Of a DNA stretch of 32,000 nt, positions 14,141 to 22,966 are shown one piece after another. This stretch comes from an archaeon GW2011_AR10. GTDB lineage: Archaea; Iainarchaeota; Iainarchaeia; Iainarchaeales; GW2011-AR10. Numbering within the stretch: position 1 is the first letter of the stretch; every line of letters starts with the position of its first letter. The stretch lies in assembly GCA_000830275.1 (NCBI GenBank), contig CP010424.1, forward strand, positions 30,001-62,000, read 5' to 3'. The notes beneath the pieces are model-generated. The model did not search any database. It was not told where the DNA came from and worked only from the letters and a program-made list of their open reading frames with translations. A program made the translations under genes and the position numbers.

Positions 14141-14572
14141 ATGGAAAAAAGATTCGCTGCATTTTTCTTGGTTTTGCTGGTGTTTTTTTTAGGCTGCACT
14201 CAGCCACAGCAGAGCAATGGTGGAACCCCAATAAGTAATGGCGCTGGCCCAGATGGCAGCTTAAATGGCGATGATGCCGTTACGCCTGCGGGCGGAGAAA
14301 CAAAAGAATTCGATGTGAGGGCATTTCAGTGGGGGTTCAATCCAAGCAAAATTGAAGTAAGCGAAGGCGACACGGTTGTGCTTCGCATTTCAAGCGAGGA
14401 CGTTGACCACGGCTTTAATTTGCCCCAGTTTGGCGTGAACAAAAAGATTGTTCCAGGCGAAACTGTTACCGTTGAATTTGTTGCAGACAAAAAAGGTACT
14501 TACAGGTTTTTCTGCAATGTTTTTTGCGGTGAAGGCCATGAGCAAATGGAAGGCCAGCTGATAGTCAACTGA
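14141..14572 (+). CDS. CuA-type cupredoxin lipoprotein (cytochrome oxidase subunit II C-terminal-domain-like)
   Basis: ATG 14141 gives a signal peptide with the lipobox FFLGC. The full CuA ligand pattern is present: DVDHGFNL ... FFCNVFCGEGHEQM (H, CxxxC, H, M), closely resembling ba3-type subunit II. The track extension back to 14006 overlaps nth and looks non-coding. Confidence 0.8.
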   Translation: MEKRFAAFFLVLLVFFLGCTQPQQSNGGTPISNGAGPDGSLNGDDAVTPAGGETKEFDVRAFQWGFNPSKIEVSEGDTVVLRISSEDVDHGFNLPQFGVNKKIVPGETVTVEFVADKKGTYRFFCNVFCGEGHEQMEGQLIVN

Positions 14573-14585
14573 ATTCATTCAACCC

Positions 14586-14708
14586 AAAAGATACCTCGGC
14601 TTTTAAGTCGCGGTTTGTAGGCCTCGGTATCTTTTCCGTTGACGGGTTCATGACGTCCATTAAATGTTGGGATACCCCTGCCTTTAGGCATGGGAGGACG
14701 TCATTTTT
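14586..14708. terminator. Two imperfect hairpins between convergent genes
   Basis: aaaagatacc (14586-14595) pairs with ggtatctttt (14626-14635). tgacgtcc (14651-14658) pairs with ggacgtca (14696-14703), with an inner tgcc/ggca pair, followed by ttttt (14704-14708). The second hairpin overlaps the last codons of the GT4 gene. Confidence 0.3.
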
Positions 14709-15765
14709 CAAGGAATTCAACCCATTCCTTTACAACTGTTTTCCAGCTGAAATCCTGCTTCAGGCACTCTTGATTCATTTCCTTCCATTTTTTTCGGTTT
14801 TCACTCACACCAACTGTTTCTTCCACAAACTTTTGCTGATAATCGTTTTTTAGAGGGTCGCCTTCAATCAGCACCCCACAGCCCTTTCTGACTGTTTCAG
14901 GCAGCGCTCCCCTGCGGGAAGTTATTATTGGCACTCCGAGTGAAATGCTTTCCATAGCTGAAATGCAGGATGTTTCCTCAAACGTGTTGGGGTAAAGGTA
15001 AAGAGAGGCATCGCTTAATTCGCTTAAAAGCTCTTTTTGGGGCAGCGCGCCATGCACGAACACTGCCTCCATTCCACCTGCTTTATCGTAAAGCCTCTGC
15101 CATTTCCCTTCACTCATTTGATAGACTTTTCTTCCACCAAAAATGTGGAGCTCTGCTTCAGCAATCCTTCTTTTAATTTCAGGCCACAGCTTCAGCAGAA
15201 CCGCAAGGCCCCTGAAAGGAGTGGTGGAATAAACAAACTTTCCGGGGTTTTTTTCCTTTGCTTTAAGCTCGCTCACAATTTTTTCGTCAACCCCGTTTCT
15301 TGTCAGAAAAAACCCTTTTTTTCCTGCAAAAGGAAATCCTTCAACCAAAGCGTTTTTTTGGAATTTTGAGACGACAAAAAAATAGTCTATTTCCGGCAGC
15401 ACTTTTCTGAGATGCAGTTTCAGTTCAGCAGAGTACAGTTCTCCCTTAGGGTTGTCCTGCAACCACAGGAACTTTTTTTCAGCGCTGAACTTGCTCTGGA
15501 AAACGCTTAAGCCGCGCTGGCTTACAAACATTCCAAAGCCATTCTTTGCTTCGCTTTCAAATCGCTTTCTGTTTTTGTACTCCACTTTGTTGAACATTCC
15601 TTCCTCCAGGCAGTTGTTGTAAACTGTTACAGTGAAGCCCTTTGCTGCAAGGCCTTCAGCAACCCGGAGTATTGCTGTTTCGCATCCGCCTAAAGGCGTG
15701 TTTTCTATTGTAGCGCCGTTGAATGGGGTTCCTGCTTCATCAAAAAAAACAATTTCTTTTTCCAT
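14701..15765 (-). CDS. Glycosyltransferase family 4 (GT-B fold)
   Basis: The C-terminal half carries the GT4 signature EETSCISAMESISLGVPIITSRRGALPETV (E-x7-E). 354 aa. Confidence 0.8.
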   Translation of the reverse strand: MEKEIVFFDEAGTPFNGATIENTPLGGCETAILRVAEGLAAKGFTVTVYNNCLEEGMFNKVEYKNRKRFESEAKNGFGMFVSQRGLSVFQSKFSAEKKFLWLQDNPKGELYSAELKLHLRKVLPEIDYFFVVSKFQKNALVEGFPFAGKKGFFLTRNGVDEKIVSELKAKEKNPGKFVYSTTPFRGLAVLLKLWPEIKRRIAEAELHIFGGRKVYQMSEGKWQRLYDKAGGMEAVFVHGALPQKELLSELSDASLYLYPNTFEETSCISAMESISLGVPIITSRRGALPETVRKGCGVLIEGDPLKNDYQQKFVEETVGVSENRKKWKEMNQECLKQDFSWKTVVKEWVEFLEK

Positions 15766-15859
15766 AACATTACTGCATTACAAAATTATTTAAACGCAAA
15801 ACCAGTTATGTATAAGAAAGATATTTTATATAAGTTTGTCATTCTTTAATTTGGTTTTA

Positions 15860-17194
15860 ATGGATTCCAGGCGTATTGCAATTTTTGTCCTAGGTGCACT
15901 TCTTGCACTCGCTGCTTTTTTTTCGCCTGTTGAAGTGGCTCCTCAAGCAAAAATGGTTTTTGCAATAACAGTTCTTGCGGTTGTTTACTGGTTTTCAGAG
16001 GTGCTGCCGCTGCATGTTACCGGCCTGCTGGTAAGCTTTCTGCTGGTATTATTCGGCGGTTTTTCTCCTGGGCAAATTTTTCCCAATTACTTTGACCCAG
16101 TAGTAGTGCTGCTGCTTGGCGGCTTTATGCTGGCGTTCGCGCTTGAAAAATTCGAGCTTGATGAACTTATTGCACTGCGAGTCTTAAAGCATGTTGGGCA
16201 TTCCCCAAGCAGGATAGTGCTCGCATTCATGGCGATAACTGCTTTTCTTTCATTCTGGGTTTCAAACACTGCTGCTGCAGCAGTAATGATTCCTATTGCG
16301 CTGTTCATTTTAAGGAAAAACAAGCTTGCAACAAAGGATTCCTCTTTTGCAAAGGGGTTCCTTCTCTGTGTTGCTTATGCAGCAACAATCGGCGGCTTGG
16401 GCACGTTAGTTGGAAGCACTCCGAACCCTTTAGCGCAGCGCTACATTCAGGATTTAGGCCAAAGCTTTGAGTTCCTTGACTGGAGCTATTATGGTTTGCC
16501 TTTTGTAGTGGTCTTCCTGCTGGTAATATGGTTTGTTGTGCTACGCATTTTCAAGCCTGAAATTTCCGGCCTAAAAATCGACTCAAAAGAAATCAGAATG
16601 GACCGAAGCAAGTGGCTTGTTCTTGCAATTTTTATTGCAACAGTTTTTCTATGGGTTACTGGCAGCTTAACAGGGTTAAGCAGCAGTGTTGTTGCACTTG
16701 TGCCGATTCTGCTCCTCTATTTCACTCGCCTGGTTGAAGAGAATGATTTCTCCAAAATCAACTGGCCCATACTTTCCTTGATAGGTTCAGGCATTGCACT
16801 CGGCTTTGCTTTCCATGGATCAGGCTTTGACCTGTTTATTGCCTCGCTTGTTGAAGGACTGATTACCGGGTTGCCGCTGCTTCTGGTTATTTTCATTGTG
16901 GTTGTTGTAAGCGTTCTGCTGACAATGCTTGCTTCCAATACTGCTTCTGCCGCAATAATGATTCCGCTTGTAATCCCGCTTGCTCCAGTGATAGGCATCA
17001 GGCCAGAAATTCTCATAGTAATTGTTGCAATAGGTGTTTCCCTTGACTTCACTGCCCCGATGGGAACCCCGCCTAATGCAATCGCTTTTTCAACCGGTTT
17101 TCTTTCCGTGAAAGAAATGGCAAAAGTTGGCTTGCTGTTAAGCCTTCTTGCATCAATTCTTGTGGCGCTCTTAGCCACTTTCATCTGGGTTTAA
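15860..17194 (+). CDS. DASS/SLC13-type anion (sulfate/di-tricarboxylate):cation symporter
   Basis: Duplicated hairpin motifs SNTAAAAVMIPIA and SNTASAAIMIPLV. More than 10 hydrophobic helices. ATG 15860 is preferred over the track TTG 15836. Confidence 0.8.
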   Translation: MDSRRIAIFVLGALLALAAFFSPVEVAPQAKMVFAITVLAVVYWFSEVLPLHVTGLLVSFLLVLFGGFSPGQIFPNYFDPVVVLLLGGFMLAFALEKFELDELIALRVLKHVGHSPSRIVLAFMAITAFLSFWVSNTAAAAVMIPIALFILRKNKLATKDSSFAKGFLLCVAYAATIGGLGTLVGSTPNPLAQRYIQDLGQSFEFLDWSYYGLPFVVVFLLVIWFVVLRIFKPEISGLKIDSKEIRMDRSKWLVLAIFIATVFLWVTGSLTGLSSSVVALVPILLLYFTRLVEENDFSKINWPILSLIGSGIALGFAFHGSGFDLFIASLVEGLITGLPLLLVIFIVVVVSVLLTMLASNTASAAIMIPLVIPLAPVIGIRPEILIVIVAIGVSLDFTAPMGTPPNAIAFSTGFLSVKEMAKVGLLLSLLASILVALLATFIWV

Positions 17195-17229
17195 CAAGCA
17201 TTAAATATTTGGATATAAAAGCAACAGGA

Positions 17230-17315
17230 TGGGGGTGCCAGGGATCGGACCTGGGACCTTCCGGTTTCTGCTTCCGCATTATCAGCCGGATGCACCACCA
17301 CTATGCTACACCCCC
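17230..17315 (-). tRNA. tRNA-Ile(GAU) with a 14-nt intron at 37/38
   Basis: Minus-strand read: GGGGGTG TA GCAT AGTGGTG GTGC A TCCGG CTGATA [ATGCGGAAGCAGAA] A CCGGA AGGTC CCAGG TCCGATC CCTGG CACCCCC A. The acceptor, anticodon and T stems all pair. The anticodon GAT is the complement of 17281-17283. The intron is plus 17266-17279. A relaxed bulge-helix-bulge can be drawn (CUG/CAG central helix, 3-nt bulges at both junctions). Confidence 0.8.
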
Positions 17316-17460
17316 AATAAGGCTATCAGCTCGCTGAAGCACTTAGAATTTAGCTTGGATTAACTTTTTAAAAGCATTTTCAGGCGCCAAAATTTTGTCA
17401 TTTAAAGCCCATTGCAGAACTTTTTAATAGAATGCCTGCACAAATTTAGTTTACGATTCT

Positions 17461-17575
17461 AGCCCCATAGTCTAGCGGCCAAGGATACAGGGCTTTGGTC
17501 AAAGCTTGCTTTGGTTCGCCAAGATAGGCTCTTGGAAGAAACCCTGTGACAGGAGTTCGAATCTCCTTGGGGCTA
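17461..17575 (+). tRNA. tRNA-Gln(UUG) with a 42-nt intron at 37/38
   Basis: AGCCCCA TA GTCT AGCGGCCAA GGAT A CAGGG CTTTGG [intron 17499-17540] A CCCTG TGAC AGGAG TTCGAAT CTCCT TGGGGCT A. The anticodon TTG is at 17495-17497. The BHB is drawable: CTTT (17493-17496) pairs with GAAG (17535-17538), leaving bulges GG|T and AA|A that carry the splice sites. An outer helix forms between CAA (17500-17502) and TTG (17532-17534). Confidence 0.9.
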
Positions 17576-17608
17576 TTTTTTTAAACTCGAAAGCACTATT
17601 GTTAATTG

Positions 17609-17791
17609 ATGGGTTTTCTGGACAAATTCATGGGAAAAAAAGAAGAACAGCAGGAAGAAGCTCCGCAAGGAAAATATGGTGAGGAGTGCTCTGTTTGCGG
17701 AAAGCGCGGAACAGAAAAAAAGTGGATGGGGCAGTACTTTCACAAAAGGTGCCTGCGCGGGCTGAAGAAGGGCGCAAAGAAAATGATTTAG
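17609..17791 (+). CDS. Small zinc-knuckle-like protein (60 aa)
   Basis: CSVCGKRGTEKKWMGQYFHKRC (CxxC ... HxxC) flanked by an acidic N-terminal and a basic C-terminal segment. It overlaps the convergent cupin gene by 4 nt. There is no other support. Confidence 0.4.
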   Translation: MGFLDKFMGKKEEQQEEAPQGKYGEECSVCGKRGTEKKWMGQYFHKRCLRGLKKGAKKMI

Positions 17792-18156
17792 ATTTTTGTT
17801 GTGCCTTTCCTTCCGTACTTGTCTTCCAATCTCACAATATCCTTTTCGTCAAACTTTCCGAAAGCGATTTCAAGGACTCTTGCTTTCTTTTTCGCACTTA
17901 GTCTGTGCCTAGATTTTCGTGGAACAAAGATTGGTTCACCTATCCTTGCGTGAATAATTCGTTCATCAACTTCAGCTACAAAGCCTGAATCTAATGGAAG
18001 CCAGAGCTCATCGCGGAGCTTGTGGTATTGAAGGCTAAGGCTTTCCCCAGCTTTCACTTCAAGAATTTTCACAGTAACTTTTTTCTCCTTGCAGTACTGG
18101 GAAAAGCTGCCCCAAGGCTTTCTCACGTGCAGGAAATCTTTATGCAGTTTTTTCAT
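17788..18156 (-). CDS. Cupin domain protein, mannose-6-phosphate isomerase type II C-terminal-domain-like
   Basis: VRKPWGSFSQY...KILEVKAGESLSLQYHKLRDELW...GEPIFVPRKSRHRL matches the RPWG / H-x-H-R-E-W cupin pattern of type II PMI domains. 122 aa. Confidence 0.7.
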   Translation of the reverse strand: MKKLHKDFLHVRKPWGSFSQYCKEKKVTVKILEVKAGESLSLQYHKLRDELWLPLDSGFVAEVDERIIHARIGEPIFVPRKSRHRLSAKKKARVLEIAFGKFDEKDIVRLEDKYGRKGTTKI

Positions 18157-18160
18157 TTGC

Positions 18161-19003
18161 TCACTTCCAGTACTTTTTAAGTACTTCTGGAATTTCGCTT
18201 AAAAAATCCGATGCAGTAAAACCATATCCTTTCTTTCTTAAAAGTATATCTCCTACTGCTCCATTGATGAATGCTGCAGCGCATGCAGAATCAAACAAGG
18301 AATTCTTCTGCGCAACCAGTGCAGCGCAGATTCCAGCGAGAACATCCCCTGTTCCTCCAACAGTCATTCCTGCATTTCCTGTCTTGTTCAGCTTCACTTT
18401 TCTGCCATCTGAAATTGCATCAATTTTTCCCTTAAGCAAAATAACGCAGTCGTGTTTTTTGGCAGTTTGTTTAACAATTTTTTCCCTGTTTTTGTGGGGG
18501 TTTTTTCCTGAAAAAATTTGGAATTCAACTGCATGAGGCGTAATAAGGACTTTTCCGGAAAACTTTTTGCCTTTCATGGCTTTTATTGCGTCTGCATCCA
18601 AAATCATTGGTTTACCGCATTTTGAAACAACTTTTTTCACAAAATTGGCGGTTTTCTTGTCTTGCCCTAGTCCGGGCCCAATAAGAACGCAGTCAGCTTT
18701 TTTGCTCAAATCCAAAACATTTTTTGCATCAGTTTCAGAAAAAGAACTGCCTTTTACTTTCCTCACAATCAAATCCGGAGAGTAGCGATTAATAATAAAG
18801 CCGGCTTTTTCAGGTGCAATTACTGTTACCAAATCCACGCCCGTTCTATAACATGAAAGGGCTGCAAGTGCAGCCAATGCTGGCGCTCCAACCAAGTCAT
18901 TGCTGCCGCCAACAACCAACACTTTCCCATTATCCCCCTTGTGCGAGTCCGGCCTTCTCTTATGAAAGCATTTCCTAGCATCTTTTTCCTGGACAATTTT
19001 CAT
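18161..19003 (-). CDS. nnrD: ADP-dependent NAD(P)H-hydrate dehydratase (YjeF C-terminal family)
   Basis: HKGDNGKVLVVGGS, LIGPGLG, LITPHAVEF and GNAGMTVGGTGDVLAGICAAL. The ATG overlaps the gatE stop (ATGA at 19003-19000). Confidence 0.85.
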   Translation of the reverse strand: MKIVQEKDARKCFHKRRPDSHKGDNGKVLVVGGSNDLVGAPALAALAALSCYRTGVDLVTVIAPEKAGFIINRYSPDLIVRKVKGSSFSETDAKNVLDLSKKADCVLIGPGLGQDKKTANFVKKVVSKCGKPMILDADAIKAMKGKKFSGKVLITPHAVEFQIFSGKNPHKNREKIVKQTAKKHDCVILLKGKIDAISDGRKVKLNKTGNAGMTVGGTGDVLAGICAALVAQKNSLFDSACAAAFINGAVGDILLRKKGYGFTASDFLSEIPEVLKKYWK

Positions 19004-20889
19004 TTTGAAACAACTTTTTCTATTTCCTTTTTCAGCAAAGCATTTATTTCCTGGCCTGAGGCTTTTCCCTTCAATTCTTTCATTGCATCCCCCATAAGCG
19101 CGCTCGCGGACTGCATTCCTTTCTCTTTAACCAAAACCATATTTTTACGCACAATTTCTTTCACAATATTTTCAACTTCTCCTGTTCCAACAGCCTTAAC
19201 TTTCATTTCTTTCAGCACTGATTCAAAGCTTTCCCTTGGTTTTTTCGCCCACCATCCAAGCACTTCAAGCAAAACATCCTGCGTTATTTTCTTTTCCTTC
19301 AATGCAAGCATTGTTTCCTCAACCATTTCATTTGAAATGTTTTCAGTCGGAATTCCGTCCCTTTTGAGTTTTGTTATTCCTTCAAGCAGCAGCACTGCCG
19401 CCTGCTTTGCGTCAACTTTCTTCTCTTCCACTAGCCTGCGGTAAAACCTCGCGTAATTGCTGAGCTTCATTTCTTCCGCGAGCTTTTCGCTTAAGCCGAA
19501 CTTCTTCACGAAAAGCTCTTTTCTTTGCTCTGGAGTCAAAGGAAGGTTTGCTCTAATCTGTTTCAGGATTTTTTCGTCAACAGCAATTGTTTCCAAATCA
19601 GTTTCAGGGTACATCCTTGCTGCTCCCGGCAGGGGCCTGCTGTATTCAGTGTTGCCGTCTTCCAGTGCATTTCTTGTTTCCTCTGGCACTCCTTTAACTG
19701 CAATCAGTGCCCTGTCCTTGACAGCATTAAGTGCTTTCCTTATTTCTTCAATGCTTTCGTGGAACACAAGGACAAAAGCATCCTTTTCTTTAACTCCAAG
19801 TTTTCTTTCAATTGTTTCCTTTTCCTGCGCACTGATTCCATAGCCCGGAAGCTCATCCGAGTGAAATATTCCTTTAAGCTTGCTGCGTGCCTTAACATAA
19901 CTCGAGATTTCTGTTCCAAAGCGCCTGTTTGGCTGCACTTCTTGTCCGAGCAAACCCTTAAAGCCGTTGAGCTTTACCGCAAAAACCTTTTTTCCTTTCA
20001 GCAGCTTGCAATCACTGCCATACAATTCATTTGCCAGCTCCTTTTCTTCTCCAATGCAGTTGCTTTCATTTATTCTGCGCAGTTTCAATTCTTCTCTTAT
20101 TGCAAGCAGTATGCGCTGCCTCTCCACTTCCCTCCTCACATACTCATCAATTAGCTCAACTTCCTGGACTCCTTTAATTTCTACTCTTGCACCTTCACTA
20201 ATTGAAATGTTTAGGTCCTGCCTTATTGTTCCTAAGCCTCGCTTCATTCTCCCCGTTCTGCGCAGCAATGCGCCGATTGCTAGAGCGCATTCCTTCACTT
20301 CCTCAGGAGAAAAAAGTTCAGGGTTAGTTGCAAACTCAATCAGCGGGATCCCTAATCTGTCAAGCCTGTAAACGATTTCGTTTTCCCGTTTCTCCATTGG
20401 CCTTGCAGCATCCTCCTCCAGAACAATTGTTTGAACTCCAACTTCCTTGTTTTTCAGCTTCAGTTTTCCTCCAACTGCTACAAGCATTGTGCGCTGGAAA
20501 GAGCTAGTGTTTGAGCCGTCAGCAACCAACTTTCTCATCACAAACATTTCATCAAGTATGCTGGCTTGGGCCATCAGTGCAACTTCCAGTGCTACCTTCA
20601 ATGCATCTTTGTCAATTGGCTGCGGTGGGGCTGAATCAGTTTCAACTTCACACGTGGAGTCATTGTAGCCCTCGTAAATGTAGGTTAAACCCTTTCTTGT
20701 CTGCTCCAGCGCTGCTGCGTCAAACTCTCCCATTTCTGAAGCAGTCGGCCTAATGTATCTGCGAACAGTAAAATTAGGCTTGTCTTCGCGCAGCACTGAT
20801 TTGTCCCTGCAGAACAGCTTTCCTGTATCGAGCTGCTGGTGCACTTCCAATCCTGCTTTCAAACCCAGTTTTTTGTAGTCTTCAGCCAT
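19000..20889 (-). CDS. gatE: Glutamyl-tRNA(Gln) amidotransferase subunit E (archaeal)
   Basis: LGLKAGLEVHQQLDTGKLFC at the N-terminus. 629 aa, with a GatB-like core plus the inserted domain and a C-terminal GatB/YqeY tail (ASALMGDAMKELKGKASG). Confidence 0.9.
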   Translation of the reverse strand: MAEDYKKLGLKAGLEVHQQLDTGKLFCRDKSVLREDKPNFTVRRYIRPTASEMGEFDAAALEQTRKGLTYIYEGYNDSTCEVETDSAPPQPIDKDALKVALEVALMAQASILDEMFVMRKLVADGSNTSSFQRTMLVAVGGKLKLKNKEVGVQTIVLEEDAARPMEKRENEIVYRLDRLGIPLIEFATNPELFSPEEVKECALAIGALLRRTGRMKRGLGTIRQDLNISISEGARVEIKGVQEVELIDEYVRREVERQRILLAIREELKLRRINESNCIGEEKELANELYGSDCKLLKGKKVFAVKLNGFKGLLGQEVQPNRRFGTEISSYVKARSKLKGIFHSDELPGYGISAQEKETIERKLGVKEKDAFVLVFHESIEEIRKALNAVKDRALIAVKGVPEETRNALEDGNTEYSRPLPGAARMYPETDLETIAVDEKILKQIRANLPLTPEQRKELFVKKFGLSEKLAEEMKLSNYARFYRRLVEEKKVDAKQAAVLLLEGITKLKRDGIPTENISNEMVEETMLALKEKKITQDVLLEVLGWWAKKPRESFESVLKEMKVKAVGTGEVENIVKEIVRKNMVLVKEKGMQSASALMGDAMKELKGKASGQEINALLKKEIEKVVSK

Positions 20890-20939
20890 TTTCTCGTAAT
20901 ATTTGAACCAGAAAAAGCTTTTTATTGGTGTTCAATGCC

Positions 20940-22325
20940 TCAAATCCTCACGAGGTAAACGTTCCAACCCTTGCCTTTCCCTCTGCTGTGCCCTGTGTCA
21001 AGCAGGTCGTGTTTCTCCAAAAACTGGAACATTTGCTCTGCTTGAGCTGACTGGAAAGCGCGTTTTGCTCTCTCTACTTTTCTTCCCTGCGGGCCAATGA
21101 ATGCAAGCCCTCTTGCAAGAACATTAATTGATCTTGGCCCGAACTGCTGCGCAAAACCCTTCTCTTGGACTGCTGCAAGGAAAACTCTTTGCGTGAGAGA
21201 GCCGCTAGTGAAAAGTGAAACCAAGGAATCACGGTTAAGCAGTCTTTTTTGCATCATTTCCCTTAACGTTTTTCCTGTTTGGTTGTTTTCTTTTGATATT
21301 TCTTCAAGGCAGTATTCGGCAACATTGAACCCCCTTTTTGTTTCCTTTGCTATTTCCTCTCTTTGCCTGATTTCCTGCTTTCTTTGCTCAACAGTTTTTT
21401 CCCTTGGAACATAAGCAGCCATCCTTTCAGCTCTTGTGCCGACCTTTGCAGGTTTTTCTGTTATAGCAACCGCTACTTGAACCTTTTTTGTGGGTTTGAA
21501 AGTCTGAATAAACTTTTGCTGCGCTGTCTGAATAAATTCCGTTTCAGCTTTATCAACTGCTTCAGAAAGATTTGCCAGGTCTTGTTGAGGCCTGTCAACT
21601 GTTAACTCTTTGTATAATTCTCGCCTTCTTTTTTCAAATTTTTCAAAATTATTGATAATCCAGTTTTTTGCCCTTCTTCTTTGGGCTGGTGTTAAGCGCT
21701 CATGCCCAAAGGCCCTGAAAAAAATTCTGTTTATGTCCTTGTTTTTTTCCTGAAAAACAAACCTGTCTCCTCTTCGGATTTCCAAATATTCTCTTTCAAT
21801 GTTTCTCAGGTCAATTCCCGTTTCACTCAATTCCTCAAGTGTTGGTTTGCCCGCCAACTCAAAAGCAATTTTGACTGTTTCCCTGTCTACCGGAATTCCT
21901 CTTTTCTGCAAATAATTTTCAATTGTTGAAAGAGTACTAGAAAACGCTTTTCTTCTTTCAGCCTTCAAAATTTGTTCAATTGTTGCTGATAAGAAATAGT
22001 TAATGTCTTTTTCAGGGGTTTCCTTCAAAAACTTTCTCTGAACAAGTGCTTGCAGTCTTCCAGTGCTGGCTTTACGCGATAACATTCTATTGTTGGCTTG
22101 CCTTTTAGCAAAATTCCTCAGTGCGGCAACAGTCGCATGCCTGTTCTGCAAAAGGAAATCAATTTTTTCCTGCATGGAAATGTTTTCATATTTTGATAAG
22201 CGCCCTCTTTTCCTGAATTCCAGTGCCATTAAAGCGGGCTTTGAGATTGGCGTTCGCCGAAACTTTTTCCAAAGCCCTCTGCGCTCTGCTTTCGGCTGCT
22301 TTCCCCAAGGGCTTCTCCGAGGCAT
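20940..22325 (-). CDS. Large, highly basic, mostly helical orphan protein (461 aa) with a winged-helix-like C-terminus
   Basis: Clean long ORF, co-directional with the genes around it and 41-50 nt from each neighbour. It is rich in R/K/Q/E. The C-terminal AEQMFQFLEKHDLLDTGHSRGKGKGWNVYLV looks like a helix plus beta-hairpin wing. No catalytic motif or known family recognised. Confidence 0.6.
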   Translation of the reverse strand: MPRRSPWGKQPKAERRGLWKKFRRTPISKPALMALEFRKRGRLSKYENISMQEKIDFLLQNRHATVAALRNFAKRQANNRMLSRKASTGRLQALVQRKFLKETPEKDINYFLSATIEQILKAERRKAFSSTLSTIENYLQKRGIPVDRETVKIAFELAGKPTLEELSETGIDLRNIEREYLEIRRGDRFVFQEKNKDINRIFFRAFGHERLTPAQRRRAKNWIINNFEKFEKRRRELYKELTVDRPQQDLANLSEAVDKAETEFIQTAQQKFIQTFKPTKKVQVAVAITEKPAKVGTRAERMAAYVPREKTVEQRKQEIRQREEIAKETKRGFNVAEYCLEEISKENNQTGKTLREMMQKRLLNRDSLVSLFTSGSLTQRVFLAAVQEKGFAQQFGPRSINVLARGLAFIGPQGRKVERAKRAFQSAQAEQMFQFLEKHDLLDTGHSRGKGKGWNVYLVRI

Positions 22326-22366
22326 GAAAATAATAAGTGAGTGCAGCTATTTAAACTTTCTCGAAT

Positions 22367-22966
22367 TCAGCTTTTTCTGGCAACCAGTATTCTTTGCAGC
22401 GCGGAAATGTTGGTTGCAATTGCCAGCACAATGATTAGCAGCGCCAAGTAGTTTAAGTCAAATGCGCCGAAAAATATGCCCAAAAACAGCAGGCCAAGCC
22501 TTTCAGCCCTCTCGAATGCGCCGCCCTTCAGCTCTTCACGCACCAATTCCTTTTCTTTTGCAGCAGCCTTAACATAGGTTGTCATCATGCCTCCAAACAA
22601 GTAAAGCAGCAGCCAGAAATTTGCTGGAAGGTAGAATGAGGGCATGCTCACAAAAAACAAGCCAAGCACTATGAGCGCTTCAATGTAGCGGTCAACAACC
22701 GTGTCAAGGTATGCGCCGAATTTGGTTACTCTTCCTGTTACGCGCGCAACGCTCCCATCAACCAAATCAAGGAAGCCTGCAACAGCAAAGGCTGCTGCAG
22801 CTAAAAGCAGCTGGCTTTGCGTAAGAAAATAAAAGGAAGCGATTGCCGGCACCAAGCTCAGCATTGTCCACTGGTTTGGAGTTAAACCCAGCCTTGAAAA
22901 AATCATTCCGATTTTGGTGGAAAGCGACGCAAACTTTTCCCTGTTTTTGTAAAGCACTTTAACCAC
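22367..22966 (-). CDS. CDP-alcohol phosphatidyltransferase, probable archaetidylinositol phosphate synthase
   Basis: Signature DLVDGSVARVTGRVTKFGAYLDTVVD (D-x2-DG-x2-AR-x8-G-x3-D-x3-D). 199 aa, multi-helix membrane protein, in an operon with MIPS. Confidence 0.75.
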   Translation of the reverse strand: MVKVLYKNREKFASLSTKIGMIFSRLGLTPNQWTMLSLVPAIASFYFLTQSQLLLAAAAFAVAGFLDLVDGSVARVTGRVTKFGAYLDTVVDRYIEALIVLGLFFVSMPSFYLPANFWLLLYLFGGMMTTYVKAAAKEKELVREELKGGAFERAERLGLLFLGIFFGAFDLNYLALLIIVLAIATNISALQRILVARKS

